The notes under the pieces are model-generated. The model ran no database searches. It saw nothing but the letters and a program-made list of their open reading frames with translations, and had not been told where the DNA came from. Positions 9,055-18,691 of a DNA stretch of 51,757 nt are shown here, one piece after another; position 1 is the stretch's first letter; each line of letters starts with the position of its first letter. The translations under genes and the position numbers were made by a program. The stretch is from a virus (Duplodnaviria; Caudoviricetes): positions 1 through 51,757 of the IMG/VR virus record IMGVR_UViG_3300032117_000040. The stretch is one strand, 5' to 3'.

Positions 9055-9675
9055 ATGACAGCACAAATCTCTCTCAACCCGATGGCAACCACCAACGCGG
9101 CAAACCTTTTTAATGTCAATTCTCAAGGTTTTACGCAAGGTGATGCACAAGACGATCCCGCAGTCAAATTCGCTTTGGCTGGTGGTGTTTTGTCTACCTC
9201 TGCTACTACTCCTTTGTGGGGCGGTGTGCCAATCATCGAACAGATCCCCGGCGCTCCCTCACAGCCCGGCACTGACACTTTGGGTGCAACCGTGGTTCAA
9301 GCAACCACCAACGCAGTGCCTACAGGTATCTGCGTGTACAACCAAGCTTTCGGTGGCATTACAACTCCTCAGTCCAACGCGCCTTTGTTCTCGCCCGGCA
9401 TGTCTGTGAACTTCTACCGTTTCGGTAGCGGCGCACGCATTCCTATGGCTTGCGACTCTAGCGTGGTGGCTTTGGACGGCAGCAGCATTGTTGAGACTGT
9501 GTACTACAACTACAGCACCAACTTGTTGACCACAACTCAGCCCTCTGGCCAAGCAGCTTTGCCAGTGAAGATTTTGCGCACTAGCACCACTGGCAACAAA
9601 CTTGTCTCGTACAGCTCGGGAACAGGCAACGCCAACTGGACGTCTACTGGCAACATCGCTCTCGTCTTAATCTAA
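9055..9675 (+). CDS. capsid decoration/minor head protein
   Basis: 206 aa, beta-rich, between scaffold and major capsid genes. Confidence 0.7.
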   Translation: MTAQISLNPMATTNAANLFNVNSQGFTQGDAQDDPAVKFALAGGVLSTSATTPLWGGVPIIEQIPGAPSQPGTDTLGATVVQATTNAVPTGICVYNQAFGGITTPQSNAPLFSPGMSVNFYRFGSGARIPMACDSSVVALDGSSIVETVYYNYSTNLLTTTQPSGQAALPVKILRTSTTGNKLVSYSSGTGNANWTSTGNIALVLI

Positions 9676-9690
9676 TAAAGGAGCCTCACC

Positions 9691-10716
9691 ATGTCCGGCT
9701 TTGCACCGTCATTTGTTACCGTCAATCCGCACTACATGATGCCTGAGCTCATCATGCAGTATTCTTTGGCTTCCGGCGCGTTCACCACGCTGGCCACAGA
9801 AAATCCAATGGCTCGTTTGGGCGAAGCTGACCTGTATGTCTACGCGAAGAAAATTCAGTTGACATCACAAGTTAGCGCCAATCAATCGACTGTGAACCAG
9901 TTGCCCAGCGCATCTGTGATCCCTTCGATGATCAGCACCGCTACTTACCGCCTGCAAACCCGCGCTCAGTACGACAACTTCGACGAAGCTGCTACTGGCC
10001 AATGGGGTTACGCTTTGCCCGAAGCAATGCGTCTGGCTGCTCGTCAAGGTATTGCTCAACAACTGCGTAACGCTCTGTTGTATGGTTTCAACCCATCCAA
10101 CGGCGAAGGCTTGTTGAACACCGCTGGCGCCACCACCCTGAACCTCGGTTCTGACACCAATGGCAACACTGGTTACAGCACATGGGATTCTGGTCAATTG
10201 GCTCAGTTCTTGTTGAACATGATTGGCGCTTTGAAAGTTCGCACTTTGCAAATCGGCCAACCTCTGCGTTTGGTGTTCTTGGCACCTCAGCGTTTCATCA
10301 GCCAAATCAGCTACTCTGGCGTTGTGTCTCTGACTCAATTCCAACGTATCGGTGCTGGTGTTGAAACCGCCGCAGGCTTGGTTGAAACCGTTGCTCAATG
10401 GGCGGGCGGCGACGACGTTAGCTTCGCTGCTGATGACACCTTGATCGGTCAAGGTTCTGGCGGCACCGACGCTATCCTGTTGATCGCTCCTGAGTTGAAG
10501 ATCCCTAAAGCAAATACCCGCATCAACACCAACGTGTTTGCAAGTTTGACTCCAAACCAAACTGCTACATCTTTGATGTTGACAGACGTGTCTGCTCCTA
10601 CAGAGATCCCCACTCCGATCGCTGACGGTGGTATCACCACTCTGTACACAATGCGCTCAACTTCTGGTTGGGGCTTGCGTCCTGAAGCATTGACCATTTT
10701 GTCTGCTGCTTACTAA
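9691..10716 (+). CDS. major capsid protein
   Basis: 341 aa; strong AAGGAG RBS; high-expression codon bias; LLYG..GEGLLN motif; followed by a terminator. Confidence 0.85.
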   Translation: MSGFAPSFVTVNPHYMMPELIMQYSLASGAFTTLATENPMARLGEADLYVYAKKIQLTSQVSANQSTVNQLPSASVIPSMISTATYRLQTRAQYDNFDEAATGQWGYALPEAMRLAARQGIAQQLRNALLYGFNPSNGEGLLNTAGATTLNLGSDTNGNTGYSTWDSGQLAQFLLNMIGALKVRTLQIGQPLRLVFLAPQRFISQISYSGVVSLTQFQRIGAGVETAAGLVETVAQWAGGDDVSFAADDTLIGQGSGGTDAILLIAPELKIPKANTRINTNVFASLTPNQTATSLMLTDVSAPTEIPTPIADGGITTLYTMRSTSGWGLRPEALTILSAAY

Positions 10717-10737
10717 GCACAGATTTGGTTAGCAAGG

Positions 10738-10761
10738 AACCCCACTACGGTGGGGTTTTTT
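10738..10761 (+). terminator. intrinsic terminator
   Basis: AACCCCAC-TACG-GTGGGGTT followed by a T run. Confidence 0.85.
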
Positions 10762-10775
10762 GTTATGATTGCGAT

Positions 10776-10872
10776 GAACTTGTGTGATGCCAAGTAAAAG
10801 GTTTTGGGCGGGTAGGGTTTGGTTTCTGTTGTGAGCCCTCGGAAATCTGACCGCATCATCTACCCGCCCACC
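10776..10872 (+). ncRNA. candidate pseudoknotted RNA or structured leader
   Basis: Extended -10 TGTTATGAT at 10761-10769; hairpin loop GTGATGC is complementary to bulge GCATCAT in a hairpin closed by an 11-bp perfect stem. Confidence 0.55.
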
Positions 10873-10886
10873 CCATAAAGGAAGAA

Positions 10887-11399
10887 ATGATGGAACTTTA
10901 TGTAGCTAATTGCAGCAAGCAAGATTTTGATTTCACTTACATGCTGCCTGAAAATCCCCGCCCTTTCTTGCACCGCATCCGCGCGGGTTCGCAAGTGAAG
11001 ATCCAAGGTACATCCACTGAAGTTGATCAGATTGTCAAACAACACACCGTCTACGGCATGATGAATGTCGATGAAGTGAAAAAAGGTTTTGGCAGCTTGG
11101 CTTATCGAATTGGCAAACCAATCAGCGTAGACGCGATTGAAAATGGTTTTACCCAATCCGAACAAGAAGCCATTGACCGCGCGCTGGAAGCGCGTAAGAT
11201 TCAGGCTGCGGCATCGGATCAGATCATCCAACAAAAAGCGCAAGAGATGGGTTTGCGTCAAACTGAAGGTCTGGAAATTGAAGTGATTGAAGAAAAACGC
11301 AACGCTGCGGATACTGATCCTAAATTTCAACAGACAATCGAAGTTTCACGTGAAACAGCCGCGCCCAAACGTGGTCGTGGTCGCCCATCAAAAGGCTGA
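10887..11399 (+). CDS. conserved head/neck-region hypothetical protein
   Basis: 170 aa; LYVANCSKQ N-terminus; basic KRGRGRP tail. Confidence 0.7.
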   Translation: MMELYVANCSKQDFDFTYMLPENPRPFLHRIRAGSQVKIQGTSTEVDQIVKQHTVYGMMNVDEVKKGFGSLAYRIGKPISVDAIENGFTQSEQEAIDRALEARKIQAAASDQIIQQKAQEMGLRQTEGLEIEVIEEKRNAADTDPKFQQTIEVSRETAAPKRGRGRPSKG

Positions 11400-11429
11400 C
11401 TTTTTTAACTAACTGGGTACAATATAGCC

Positions 11430-11888
11430 ATGAGCGACCCCATCATTTCCCCACCAACGCTGACAGGTTTCATTGCTTGGACACGGGCAGTGATGGGCGT
11501 ACCCACAATGGCAATCGCTGATAACGATCCCGGCTATGCGTATGCGTTTCAGATAGCGCTTGACGTAGTGCCACAAGATTATTCTGCGGCTTCTCCAGAT
11601 ATTTACACTTTGACGGTGTACAACTGGGGAGGAAGTCAACTGATTCAATTCCAGCAAGATATTTCCGGCCAAACTTATTTTTCAGACCTACGCGCAGCGT
11701 TTGGTGTAAATAACTTTGTGGCAGGTGTTGTCAGTTCTGCATCAGATGTCTCCACCAGCGAGAGTTTGGCAATCGGCAAAGGTTTACAAAACCTTGACAT
11801 GATGAGCTTGCAGCGCATCAAAGACCCCTACGGTCGTCAAGCCGTTTCCTTTATGCAATCCCTTGGAACCCTTTGGGGATTGACATGA
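11430..11888 (+). CDS. head-tail adaptor (DUF4054-like)
   Basis: GVVSSASD..S and PYGRQ motifs; genomic position. Confidence 0.7.
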   Translation: MSDPIISPPTLTGFIAWTRAVMGVPTMAIADNDPGYAYAFQIALDVVPQDYSAASPDIYTLTVYNWGGSQLIQFQQDISGQTYFSDLRAAFGVNNFVAGVVSSASDVSTSESLAIGKGLQNLDMMSLQRIKDPYGRQAVSFMQSLGTLWGLT

Positions 11889-12340
11889 AATTAAAGCTCG
11901 GGGTCATCGATGTACCCGAGCCAGAAGGCGGCACGAGCTATACCGTCGGTAAAGAGCTCGAAGAAAATTATCAGCTGTTTTCCAAATTTGCCGAGTACGA
12001 CATGAATAACATTGTGAAAATGTTGTCGGAGTCAGCGGCAGGTGCTCTGGAAACTATGCAGATGACAGGCCAACTGCCTACTGATCCATTTGCAGCGGCA
12101 GGCGAAGAGATCACCGATAGCTTTAAAAAGTTCATTCAGAACGAGACTTTAGCGACTATGGGTGTTCCCGGCGTGCCAACAAAAGCCGCTTTGGAAGGCC
12201 GCACTTTGCGCACAAAAGGTGGTAAAACCGTCAGCAGAGTTAAAAAAGGTCAACAATTTAAAGAAATTGTTGGGGCACGTCGCCCTTCTTTTATATACTC
12301 AGGGGTCTTGCAATCGTCCTTGAAAGTGTGGGTTGACTGA
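11885..12340 (+). CDS. neck/tail completion protein
   Basis: ATG at 11885 forms an ATGA overlap; RPSFI.SG.LQ.S motif. Confidence 0.6.
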   Translation: MKLKLGVIDVPEPEGGTSYTVGKELEENYQLFSKFAEYDMNNIVKMLSESAAGALETMQMTGQLPTDPFAAAGEEITDSFKKFIQNETLATMGVPGVPTKAALEGRTLRTKGGKTVSRVKKGQQFKEIVGARRPSFIYSGVLQSSLKVWVD

Positions 12341-13329
12341 TGGCCACCGCTACTGAAGCCGCAACCGCTAAATCACAGCTTGCCTCCGGTTTGGCCGAGG
12401 GTACGAACACGCTTTCTGGCAATGAGACAGTCACTTTCACACTTTATGTGAAATTAATTTTGCCTTTGGATGGATATGTGTATTGGGTAAACGCCACGTT
12501 GCTAAACGACTCGGCGATTTACAACGCATTGACATACGGATTTGGCGAATACAACAAGCCGGGCGACACTTTGCCTGCACGCCAAGTGACGCATAAAGGG
12601 TCGTTCCATTTCAATTCTGAGTTGCATCAACTGGAAGACCGCACTACGGCATATAACCACACTCTGTTTACCTCATTAGATCTGATTCAGGATTTCAATC
12701 TGACCAATCCGAATCTTATCTACGTGGCGACGTATGAGGGTATGCGTTTTGCGTTCAGCCGCAGAGAAAATTTTTACAAACAAGCGGATCTGTATCATTA
12801 CCGAGGCGACGCGCTGTATTCAATCATGGATACGCAGCTGATCGACTCGATGACAGGTTTTGATACTGAGAGCGTTGTTGTATCAAACAGTCTTCCAATT
12901 TGGCTTAGTTTAAATCAGTATTTTCCCTTGTATCCATCATATCTGGTGGGGCAAAACTTGGCGCCGCCTTATGCGAGTGTTGATATAGACCCGCGTCAGA
13001 CCACAGCCTTACAGCAGTTCCCTTTGCTTGACAGCGAATCTAATCCCTACCAACTTGTGCACGACACAGTTCGCATCACTATCTTTGGAACACGCAATAA
13101 CGAAGCTTTAAACTTCGCCAATTATGTGTTCCAATACAGCATGAATACGGATAACATTGGCATGATGAATATGCCTGTTATTCAAGATGAAAAAGTAACC
13201 CAGCCGGAGCTGGGTATCATCGCTATGAAAAAGTCAATCACGTTCGAGGTTTCGTATTACCAAACCACAGTCAACAACGTAGCCAGAAAACTGATTGAAG
13301 AAGCGTTCATCACACTCAATCCCATCTAA
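12340..13329 (+). CDS. neck/tail terminator-like structural protein
   Basis: 329 aa, coupled to the upstream gene, lies before the sheath. Confidence 0.55.
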   Translation: MATATEAATAKSQLASGLAEGTNTLSGNETVTFTLYVKLILPLDGYVYWVNATLLNDSAIYNALTYGFGEYNKPGDTLPARQVTHKGSFHFNSELHQLEDRTTAYNHTLFTSLDLIQDFNLTNPNLIYVATYEGMRFAFSRRENFYKQADLYHYRGDALYSIMDTQLIDSMTGFDTESVVVSNSLPIWLSLNQYFPLYPSYLVGQNLAPPYASVDIDPRQTTALQQFPLLDSESNPYQLVHDTVRITIFGTRNNEALNFANYVFQYSMNTDNIGMMNMPVIQDEKVTQPELGIIAMKKSITFEVSYYQTTVNNVARKLIEEAFITLNPI

Positions 13330-13341
13330 AGGAGTTCCATT

Positions 13342-13659
13342 ATGGCAGTCGGTCAAAATCAACCTCAAGTCCTCAACGGTGCAACCATCGTTGGTAAGGG
13401 TAGCAAAACAGCATTGAACATTTCTGCTGCAACAGCTGTGAAAGCCGTTGCTGGCCGTATTGTTAAAGTTAGCGTTATTGTTGCTGGCAGCGCTGCTGGC
13501 ACAATCAATGACGCCGCCACAACTGGCGCAGCTGCAAGCGCAAACGAAGTCGCTGTCATTCCCAACACAGTTGGCGTGTATGACATCGATATGCCTACCT
13601 CGAACGGTATCGTTATCGTTCCCGGTACAGGTCAAACTGTTGCTGTCAGCTATAACTAA
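13342..13659 (+). CDS. small beta-rich virion (decoration-like) protein
   Basis: 105 aa, Ala/Val/Gly rich, strong RBS. Confidence 0.6.
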   Translation: MAVGQNQPQVLNGATIVGKGSKTALNISAATAVKAVAGRIVKVSVIVAGSAAGTINDAATTGAAASANEVAVIPNTVGVYDIDMPTSNGIVIVPGTGQTVAVSYN

Positions 13660-13672
13660 TTAAGGGGGCGTC

Positions 13673-14977
13673 ATGCCAAATATTGTCAACGTAGTTGTCA
13701 AGCAGCAGGTCGCAGCCGCGCCCTCGCAGCTTCAACAAAGGGGCGCATTTGTTTCTCAAGGCGCCACCACTCTTGCCACTGGCACTTCTGCGCTGCTCAC
13801 TCAACTGTCAGATTTGACAGCTTTGTTAGCCGCGTCGAGCACCATTGCATCTATCACATGGAATACTGGCACAGTGACTGTAACAACAAGTTCTGCGCAC
13901 GGCATTCCTTCTGGCGATATTATTCAAGGCGTAATTTCTGGCGTGACTCCTACTGCATATAACGGGACTTTTTCCGTTACTTCGACAGGAACTACGACAC
14001 TTACTTACGCTTTGGCATCTAACCCCGGTTCAGCCACGGTTACAGCAGCTAGTCAATTCACGCTGGAAGACTCTATTCAGCTGTTGGCGATGGGCACCAC
14101 ATTCTTTGCTCAGAATGCTACAACACCCGTGTATGTGTTGGAGCTTGGTGTGGGCACTACTGCTCAAGGCGTTACTGCTTTGAACAACTACATCACCAAC
14201 ACAAACTTCTCTTTCTACAGCTATCTGTTGCCTAGCAATTGGGATACTGAATCGACAGCTCCTGCAATGATGAGAGCGTATGACGGCACAACCGCCAAAA
14301 CGTATTTCTACATTACCACCACTACTTCGTCATACACTAGCTGGACAGGCATCAAGTCTGTGTTTGCTACTGTACAAAGCCCTTCAGCTCCTGTCACTGA
14401 ATTTAGCGCCGCAGCTATTTTCAATGCCACACTGAGCTACGATCCCAACGCAAGCAATCTGGCATCCCCATTGGAATACACATTTGTGTATGACGTGACT
14501 GCCTATAGCACTCTGTCGAATGCTACACAGACCACTTTATTGGCTGCTGGCGTTAACTGGATCGGTACTGGTGCTCAAGGCGGTATCAGCAATACGTTGA
14601 TTGAAGGTGGAACCTTCATGGATCTAAACCCATTCAACTATTGGTATTCAGTGGATTGGCTGGCGATCAATGTTGCATTGTCTTTGGCCAATGCAATCAT
14701 CAATGGCAGCAACAGCTCTACAAATCCGCTGTATTACAACCAAGCTGGTATCAACACTTTGCAAAAAGTTGCACAAGCTACGACCAATAACGGCATTGCC
14801 TTCGGTCTTATCTTGTCTCCCGCAACAGTCAATGCAGTGCCTTTTGTGACTTACACTTCTCAGAACCCCGGCGATTATGCCGCAGGTATCTACAAAGGTT
14901 TGAGTTTGACATTTGTGCCGCAACGTGGATTCTCGTCAATCACGATTTACTTGACAGCAAGTAATATTCCGACTTAA
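13673..14977 (+). CDS. tail sheath protein (DUF3383-like)
   Basis: YWYSVDW and PLYYNQAGI motifs; precedes the tube gene. Confidence 0.8.
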   Translation: MPNIVNVVVKQQVAAAPSQLQQRGAFVSQGATTLATGTSALLTQLSDLTALLAASSTIASITWNTGTVTVTTSSAHGIPSGDIIQGVISGVTPTAYNGTFSVTSTGTTTLTYALASNPGSATVTAASQFTLEDSIQLLAMGTTFFAQNATTPVYVLELGVGTTAQGVTALNNYITNTNFSFYSYLLPSNWDTESTAPAMMRAYDGTTAKTYFYITTTTSSYTSWTGIKSVFATVQSPSAPVTEFSAAAIFNATLSYDPNASNLASPLEYTFVYDVTAYSTLSNATQTTLLAAGVNWIGTGAQGGISNTLIEGGTFMDLNPFNYWYSVDWLAINVALSLANAIINGSNSSTNPLYYNQAGINTLQKVAQATTNNGIAFGLILSPATVNAVPFVTYTSQNPGDYAAGIYKGLSLTFVPQRGFSSITIYLTASNIPT

Positions 14978-14989
14978 GGAGCAAAATAA

Positions 14990-15433
14990 ATGTCAAACCC
15001 ACAAGTCGTACAAGGTACATTGAATCGGCTGCTTGCAAGCGTCGTGTACGCCAATTTCACCAACCTCAATGTGACATCGCCATACCTGTCAAAAGAAGCA
15101 ATCAGTATTTCTTTTGACGGTGATACAGCAATGTTGATTAACACTTTGACGGGCGCTGTTACAAGTCCTGAACCATATCAGTTTGCGACTGTTACGATTC
15201 ACTTATTGCGCACTCAAGCATTGGCCAATGCGTACAAAACGCAAATCGAGACAAACACCACGATGGGTTCCGTTACGGTATACCCTGACACGGTTACTTT
15301 GGCTCCCTATGAATTGAACAACTGCGTTTTGCAGAGCGTTCAAGAAATTGCATTTGATGGTACACAAGCTGGCCTAGTGGTTCGCTTGCGCGGCGTCTAC
15401 GCAATCAACTCTTCACTGTTTGCTGCTTCTTAA
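14990..15433 (+). CDS. tail tube protein
   Basis: 147 aa, follows the sheath; QGTLNR and GAVTSPEPY motifs. Confidence 0.75.
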   Translation: MSNPQVVQGTLNRLLASVVYANFTNLNVTSPYLSKEAISISFDGDTAMLINTLTGAVTSPEPYQFATVTIHLLRTQALANAYKTQIETNTTMGSVTVYPDTVTLAPYELNNCVLQSVQEIAFDGTQAGLVVRLRGVYAINSSLFAAS

Positions 15434-15442
15434 AGGAACTAA

Positions 15443-16027
15443 ATGAAAATCGACCGCGCTCTGAATCTCGTGATGCAAATTCAGACCGCTAAAAATGGTT
15501 TAGTGTATGTTCACTCAACCCCTATTAGCAGGTCTATTTTTGAACAGTTCTACCTTGAGATTGGCAAAGTGTTTAGTCAATGCTTTGACAGTGTTAATCA
15601 AGCCCATCTTGCACTTTCTGCACCACAACTAGCTTATCCCGCCTTGAAGTCGATTTCGATAAAAGCAGGTAACTGGGAAGGTGCAGGCGGTGTCAAGTTT
15701 GGGCTTGTCAACGAGATAGTTCGTTTGACCAACGTGATTCTCAATGGAGATCAAGGCTGGTATTCTTTACCTTTTGATACTGCTGTAAAACGCGGAATTA
15801 TTGATGAAGATGAAGAAGCAGAGGTTTTGAGCTCTTTGGTTTTTTTTACTGCAATCTCCAAGGTTGCGCCCAAGGATCTGAAGGATTCTTTCTTGGAGAT
15901 GGCGGGGTCGTTAAGAAATTGGGAGCTTACATCCTTGGACTCTACGGCATACCAGAATGGTTTGCCGATCTTGACCAAGGAAGACAGTACTGGAGAGACA
16001 ACCCCAGTATCATCGCTGATCTCCTAG
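15443..16027 (+). CDS. tail assembly chaperone
   Basis: Lies between tube and tape measure; contains a T8 slippery run. Confidence 0.7.
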   Translation: MKIDRALNLVMQIQTAKNGLVYVHSTPISRSIFEQFYLEIGKVFSQCFDSVNQAHLALSAPQLAYPALKSISIKAGNWEGAGGVKFGLVNEIVRLTNVILNGDQGWYSLPFDTAVKRGIIDEDEEAEVLSSLVFFTAISKVAPKDLKDSFLEMAGSLRNWELTSLDSTAYQNGLPILTKEDSTGETTPVSSLIS

Positions 16028-16149
16028 ATTATCTTAGCGGCGCGGCTTTTGGCACACTTGTAAGAGAATTTGACGGACAATGGATCGACGCTGAACAGTA
16101 TCGTCAACGACATCTGATCAAAGCGATTGAAAGTAAGTCATTTTTTTAA
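15841..16149 (+). CDS. -1 frameshift extension of the tail assembly chaperone (gpGT-like)
   Basis: T TTT TTT at 15841-15847; the -1 frame is open from 15814 to the stop at 16149. Confidence 0.55.
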   Translation, partial: FFYCNLQGCAQGSEGFFLGDGGVVKKLGAYILGLYGIPEWFADLDQGRQYWRDNPSIIADLLDYLSGAAFGTLVREFDGQWIDAEQYRQRHLIKAIESKSFF

Positions 16150-16167
16150 TCTAACAGAGATCAGAAA

Positions 16168-17811
16168 ATGGTAGCAAAGTCAGTCATTGAAATTGATGTT
16201 CTCGACGCAAGGTTTAAAACCTTTGTGGCTGAGTTTGAAAAGGTACAAAAAGCCGTCAAAGCCATGACTATTGAGTGGCAAAAAATTGGTGCGGCCAGCA
16301 CCAAAGCCACGCAAACAAACAACAAAGAACTTGACAAAACTGTCAAGGCTCAAAAACAGATCAGCGCAGAAGTAGAAAAAGCTGATAAGAATCAAAAATC
16401 GCTTAACAAATCAATCCGCGACGGCAACCGAGAGTTATCTACTGCCGCCAGAACCGCCGCATCGATAGCGGGTAGTCTGGCAAACGCGGCGCTCTCTGTA
16501 GCTAAATGGACAGCCTATGGCGCAATAGGTGGTGGATTTGGATTCGGCAGTCTTGCATCCAGTGCAAGCGACTATCGTAGACAAGCGCAAGGTTATGGAG
16601 TTTCAACTGGTCAACTTCGAGCCGCGAACACCAATTTTGGTAAATATATTTCACCTGAATCGGCTCTTGGAAATATCGCCAACATTAAAAATGATTTAAG
16701 CAAACAGTGGATTTTGACAGGCATGGGAGTTGGTGCAAATCAAAACCCAGCGGAAGCTTTACCCAGTGCTATACGTAATGCAGTGAACATATTTAAACAA
16801 GGTGGTCAGAGTCAACAGTACGCGCAAGCGCGCGGATTAACTGAAGTGTTCAGCCTTGAAGAGCTACGCCGTTTGTCCTCTCTTTCTGAACAAGAGCTTT
16901 CAGATACGATCGATGCGTATAAACGCGATCAAGAAAAAATGGAAGTTTCTGATTCAGATAGCAAAGCATGGCAAGATTTTTGGGTTCAATTGAAGCGATC
17001 AGGAGAGTTAATAGAAACAGCTCTAATAGGAAAATTAGTTGCATTAGCCCCCTTATTAGATAAATTCTCGCAAAACATCACGAATATCTTGCTTAAATTT
17101 GTAGATTCTCTTGGCCAATATCTTGCCAGCGATAGATTCCCTCAAGACGTAAGGAAGTTTTCTGACGCGCTTGTTGCGCTATTTGAGATTGTAAAGAAAG
17201 TAGCCAGATTTATGGGTGTCTTACCAGACTCAAAAAATTCGGCAAGAGAATTCAATCCACAACAAGCTGAAGAAGCAAGAACACTTAGAGAGTCGTCCAG
17301 CACTCCTAAGACACTACAGGGGAAGCAACAGGCTGCATATAAGTTCTATCGTCAGATGGGTTTAAATCACTATGCTGCTCTAGGCATGGTTGCAAATTTA
17401 ATGCAAGAAAGCTCGATGGATGAAAACGCATTGAATTTTAATCCTGATACTAAGGAAGAACATAGAGGTTTAATGCAATGGGATAAAGGTAGATACGCAA
17501 ACTATTTGAAGCTCTATGGAGATCCTAGAAAAGATAAGGATGCTTTCTACCATCAATTGCAATTTTCTATGCAAGAATTCAGCACGACTGAGAGCAGAGC
17601 CTACGATAAATTAAAAAAGGCAATTGATATTAAAGGTGGTGTAGAAGGTGGATTGGCAGCAGAACGTCCAGCTGCTCCCGGTACATTTGCCTATTCAAGA
17701 GAAGTTGAACGCCGAATGCACATTGCCAACACGATAACCATCAACGACAATACGGGCGGTAGTGTGACCACAACCACGAACACATTGCCCGGCGCAGGAT
17801 CAGCACAATGA
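16168..17811 (+). CDS. tape measure protein with a C-terminal phage tail lysozyme domain
   Basis: Helical N-terminal part; AALGMVANLMQESS..GLMQW motif (Phage_lysozyme2-like). Confidence 0.8.
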   Translation: MVAKSVIEIDVLDARFKTFVAEFEKVQKAVKAMTIEWQKIGAASTKATQTNNKELDKTVKAQKQISAEVEKADKNQKSLNKSIRDGNRELSTAARTAASIAGSLANAALSVAKWTAYGAIGGGFGFGSLASSASDYRRQAQGYGVSTGQLRAANTNFGKYISPESALGNIANIKNDLSKQWILTGMGVGANQNPAEALPSAIRNAVNIFKQGGQSQQYAQARGLTEVFSLEELRRLSSLSEQELSDTIDAYKRDQEKMEVSDSDSKAWQDFWVQLKRSGELIETALIGKLVALAPLLDKFSQNITNILLKFVDSLGQYLASDRFPQDVRKFSDALVALFEIVKKVARFMGVLPDSKNSAREFNPQQAEEARTLRESSSTPKTLQGKQQAAYKFYRQMGLNHYAALGMVANLMQESSMDENALNFNPDTKEEHRGLMQWDKGRYANYLKLYGDPRKDKDAFYHQLQFSMQEFSTTESRAYDKLKKAIDIKGGVEGGLAAERPAAPGTFAYSREVERRMHIANTITINDNTGGSVTTTTNTLPGAGSAQ

Positions 17812-18419
17812 CCTCAATTGCAAAAACAGCTTTTAGCTATTCTTTTGAGACATCCCCGCTTCTATTAGAAAACGGGATTGCGCAATATTCTGTTGACGCT
17901 ACTTTGCCTATCATTGGTCTGCTTGAGACTTTCTTTGGCGAATATTTTGCCCAATTCAGAGTGTTGCCCGGCAGTACGCTCGAAGAATGGCAAGTAGCAG
18001 AATACCCTTTTGTCAACCTTCAGATGGCGGCTAACGCAACAGTTCAGATGCCGTTAAAGGTGAGCATGTTGATGATTTGTCCAGCACAAAACCCCGGCGG
18101 GTATTTGCTCAAACAGCCGATCATCACCGCGCTGAAAGCGCTATTTGACTCTCATGTATCGCAGGGCGGCACATTCACTGTGCTCACCCCAGCATATACG
18201 TACATAAACTGCATATTGACAAGTATGCGCGACGTCAGCAGCGCTTCAGACAAACAAGTGCAATATATGTACCAGCTCGACTTTGTTCAGCCATTGGTGA
18301 CAACGCAAGCTGCTGAAAGAGTACTTGGTGCTTTGATGAATAAGGTTGCGAACGGTCTTCCAACTCTGTTGTCTAATTTCAATTCTGCGCCAGCCGCAGT
18401 CCCACCATTACCTGAATAA
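17808..18419 (+). CDS. baseplate/tail tube initiator protein
   Basis: Follows the tape measure with an ATGA overlap; AEYPF and GGTFTV.TP motifs. Confidence 0.6.
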   Translation: MTSIAKTAFSYSFETSPLLLENGIAQYSVDATLPIIGLLETFFGEYFAQFRVLPGSTLEEWQVAEYPFVNLQMAANATVQMPLKVSMLMICPAQNPGGYLLKQPIITALKALFDSHVSQGGTFTVLTPAYTYINCILTSMRDVSSASDKQVQYMYQLDFVQPLVTTQAAERVLGALMNKVANGLPTLLSNFNSAPAAVPPLPE

Positions 18420-18421
18420 TC

Positions 18422-18691
18422 ATGGCAACAGTCGTACCTTTCCAACCTTCATCAACGTCCAATTTTCAATTCAACTTGACTTTGGATGGCGGGTCATACG
18501 TTGCTATTTGCACGTGGTATGCGTATGGTGCTCGGTATTACGTATCCATTTACGACACTTTTAAAAATCTTATCGTGATTCGGCCAATCGTAGGGTCGCC
18601 CGACAATTACGACATAAATTTGGTGTTTGGCTATTTCACGACATCTACTCTGGTTTATCGAGTCAGCACTCAAAGTTTTGAGGTGACTTGA
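18422..18691 (+). CDS. small baseplate protein
   Basis: 89 aa; F.LTLDG..Y motif; genomic position. Confidence 0.6.
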   Translation: MATVVPFQPSSTSNFQFNLTLDGGSYVAICTWYAYGARYYVSIYDTFKNLIVIRPIVGSPDNYDINLVFGYFTTSTLVYRVSTQSFEVT

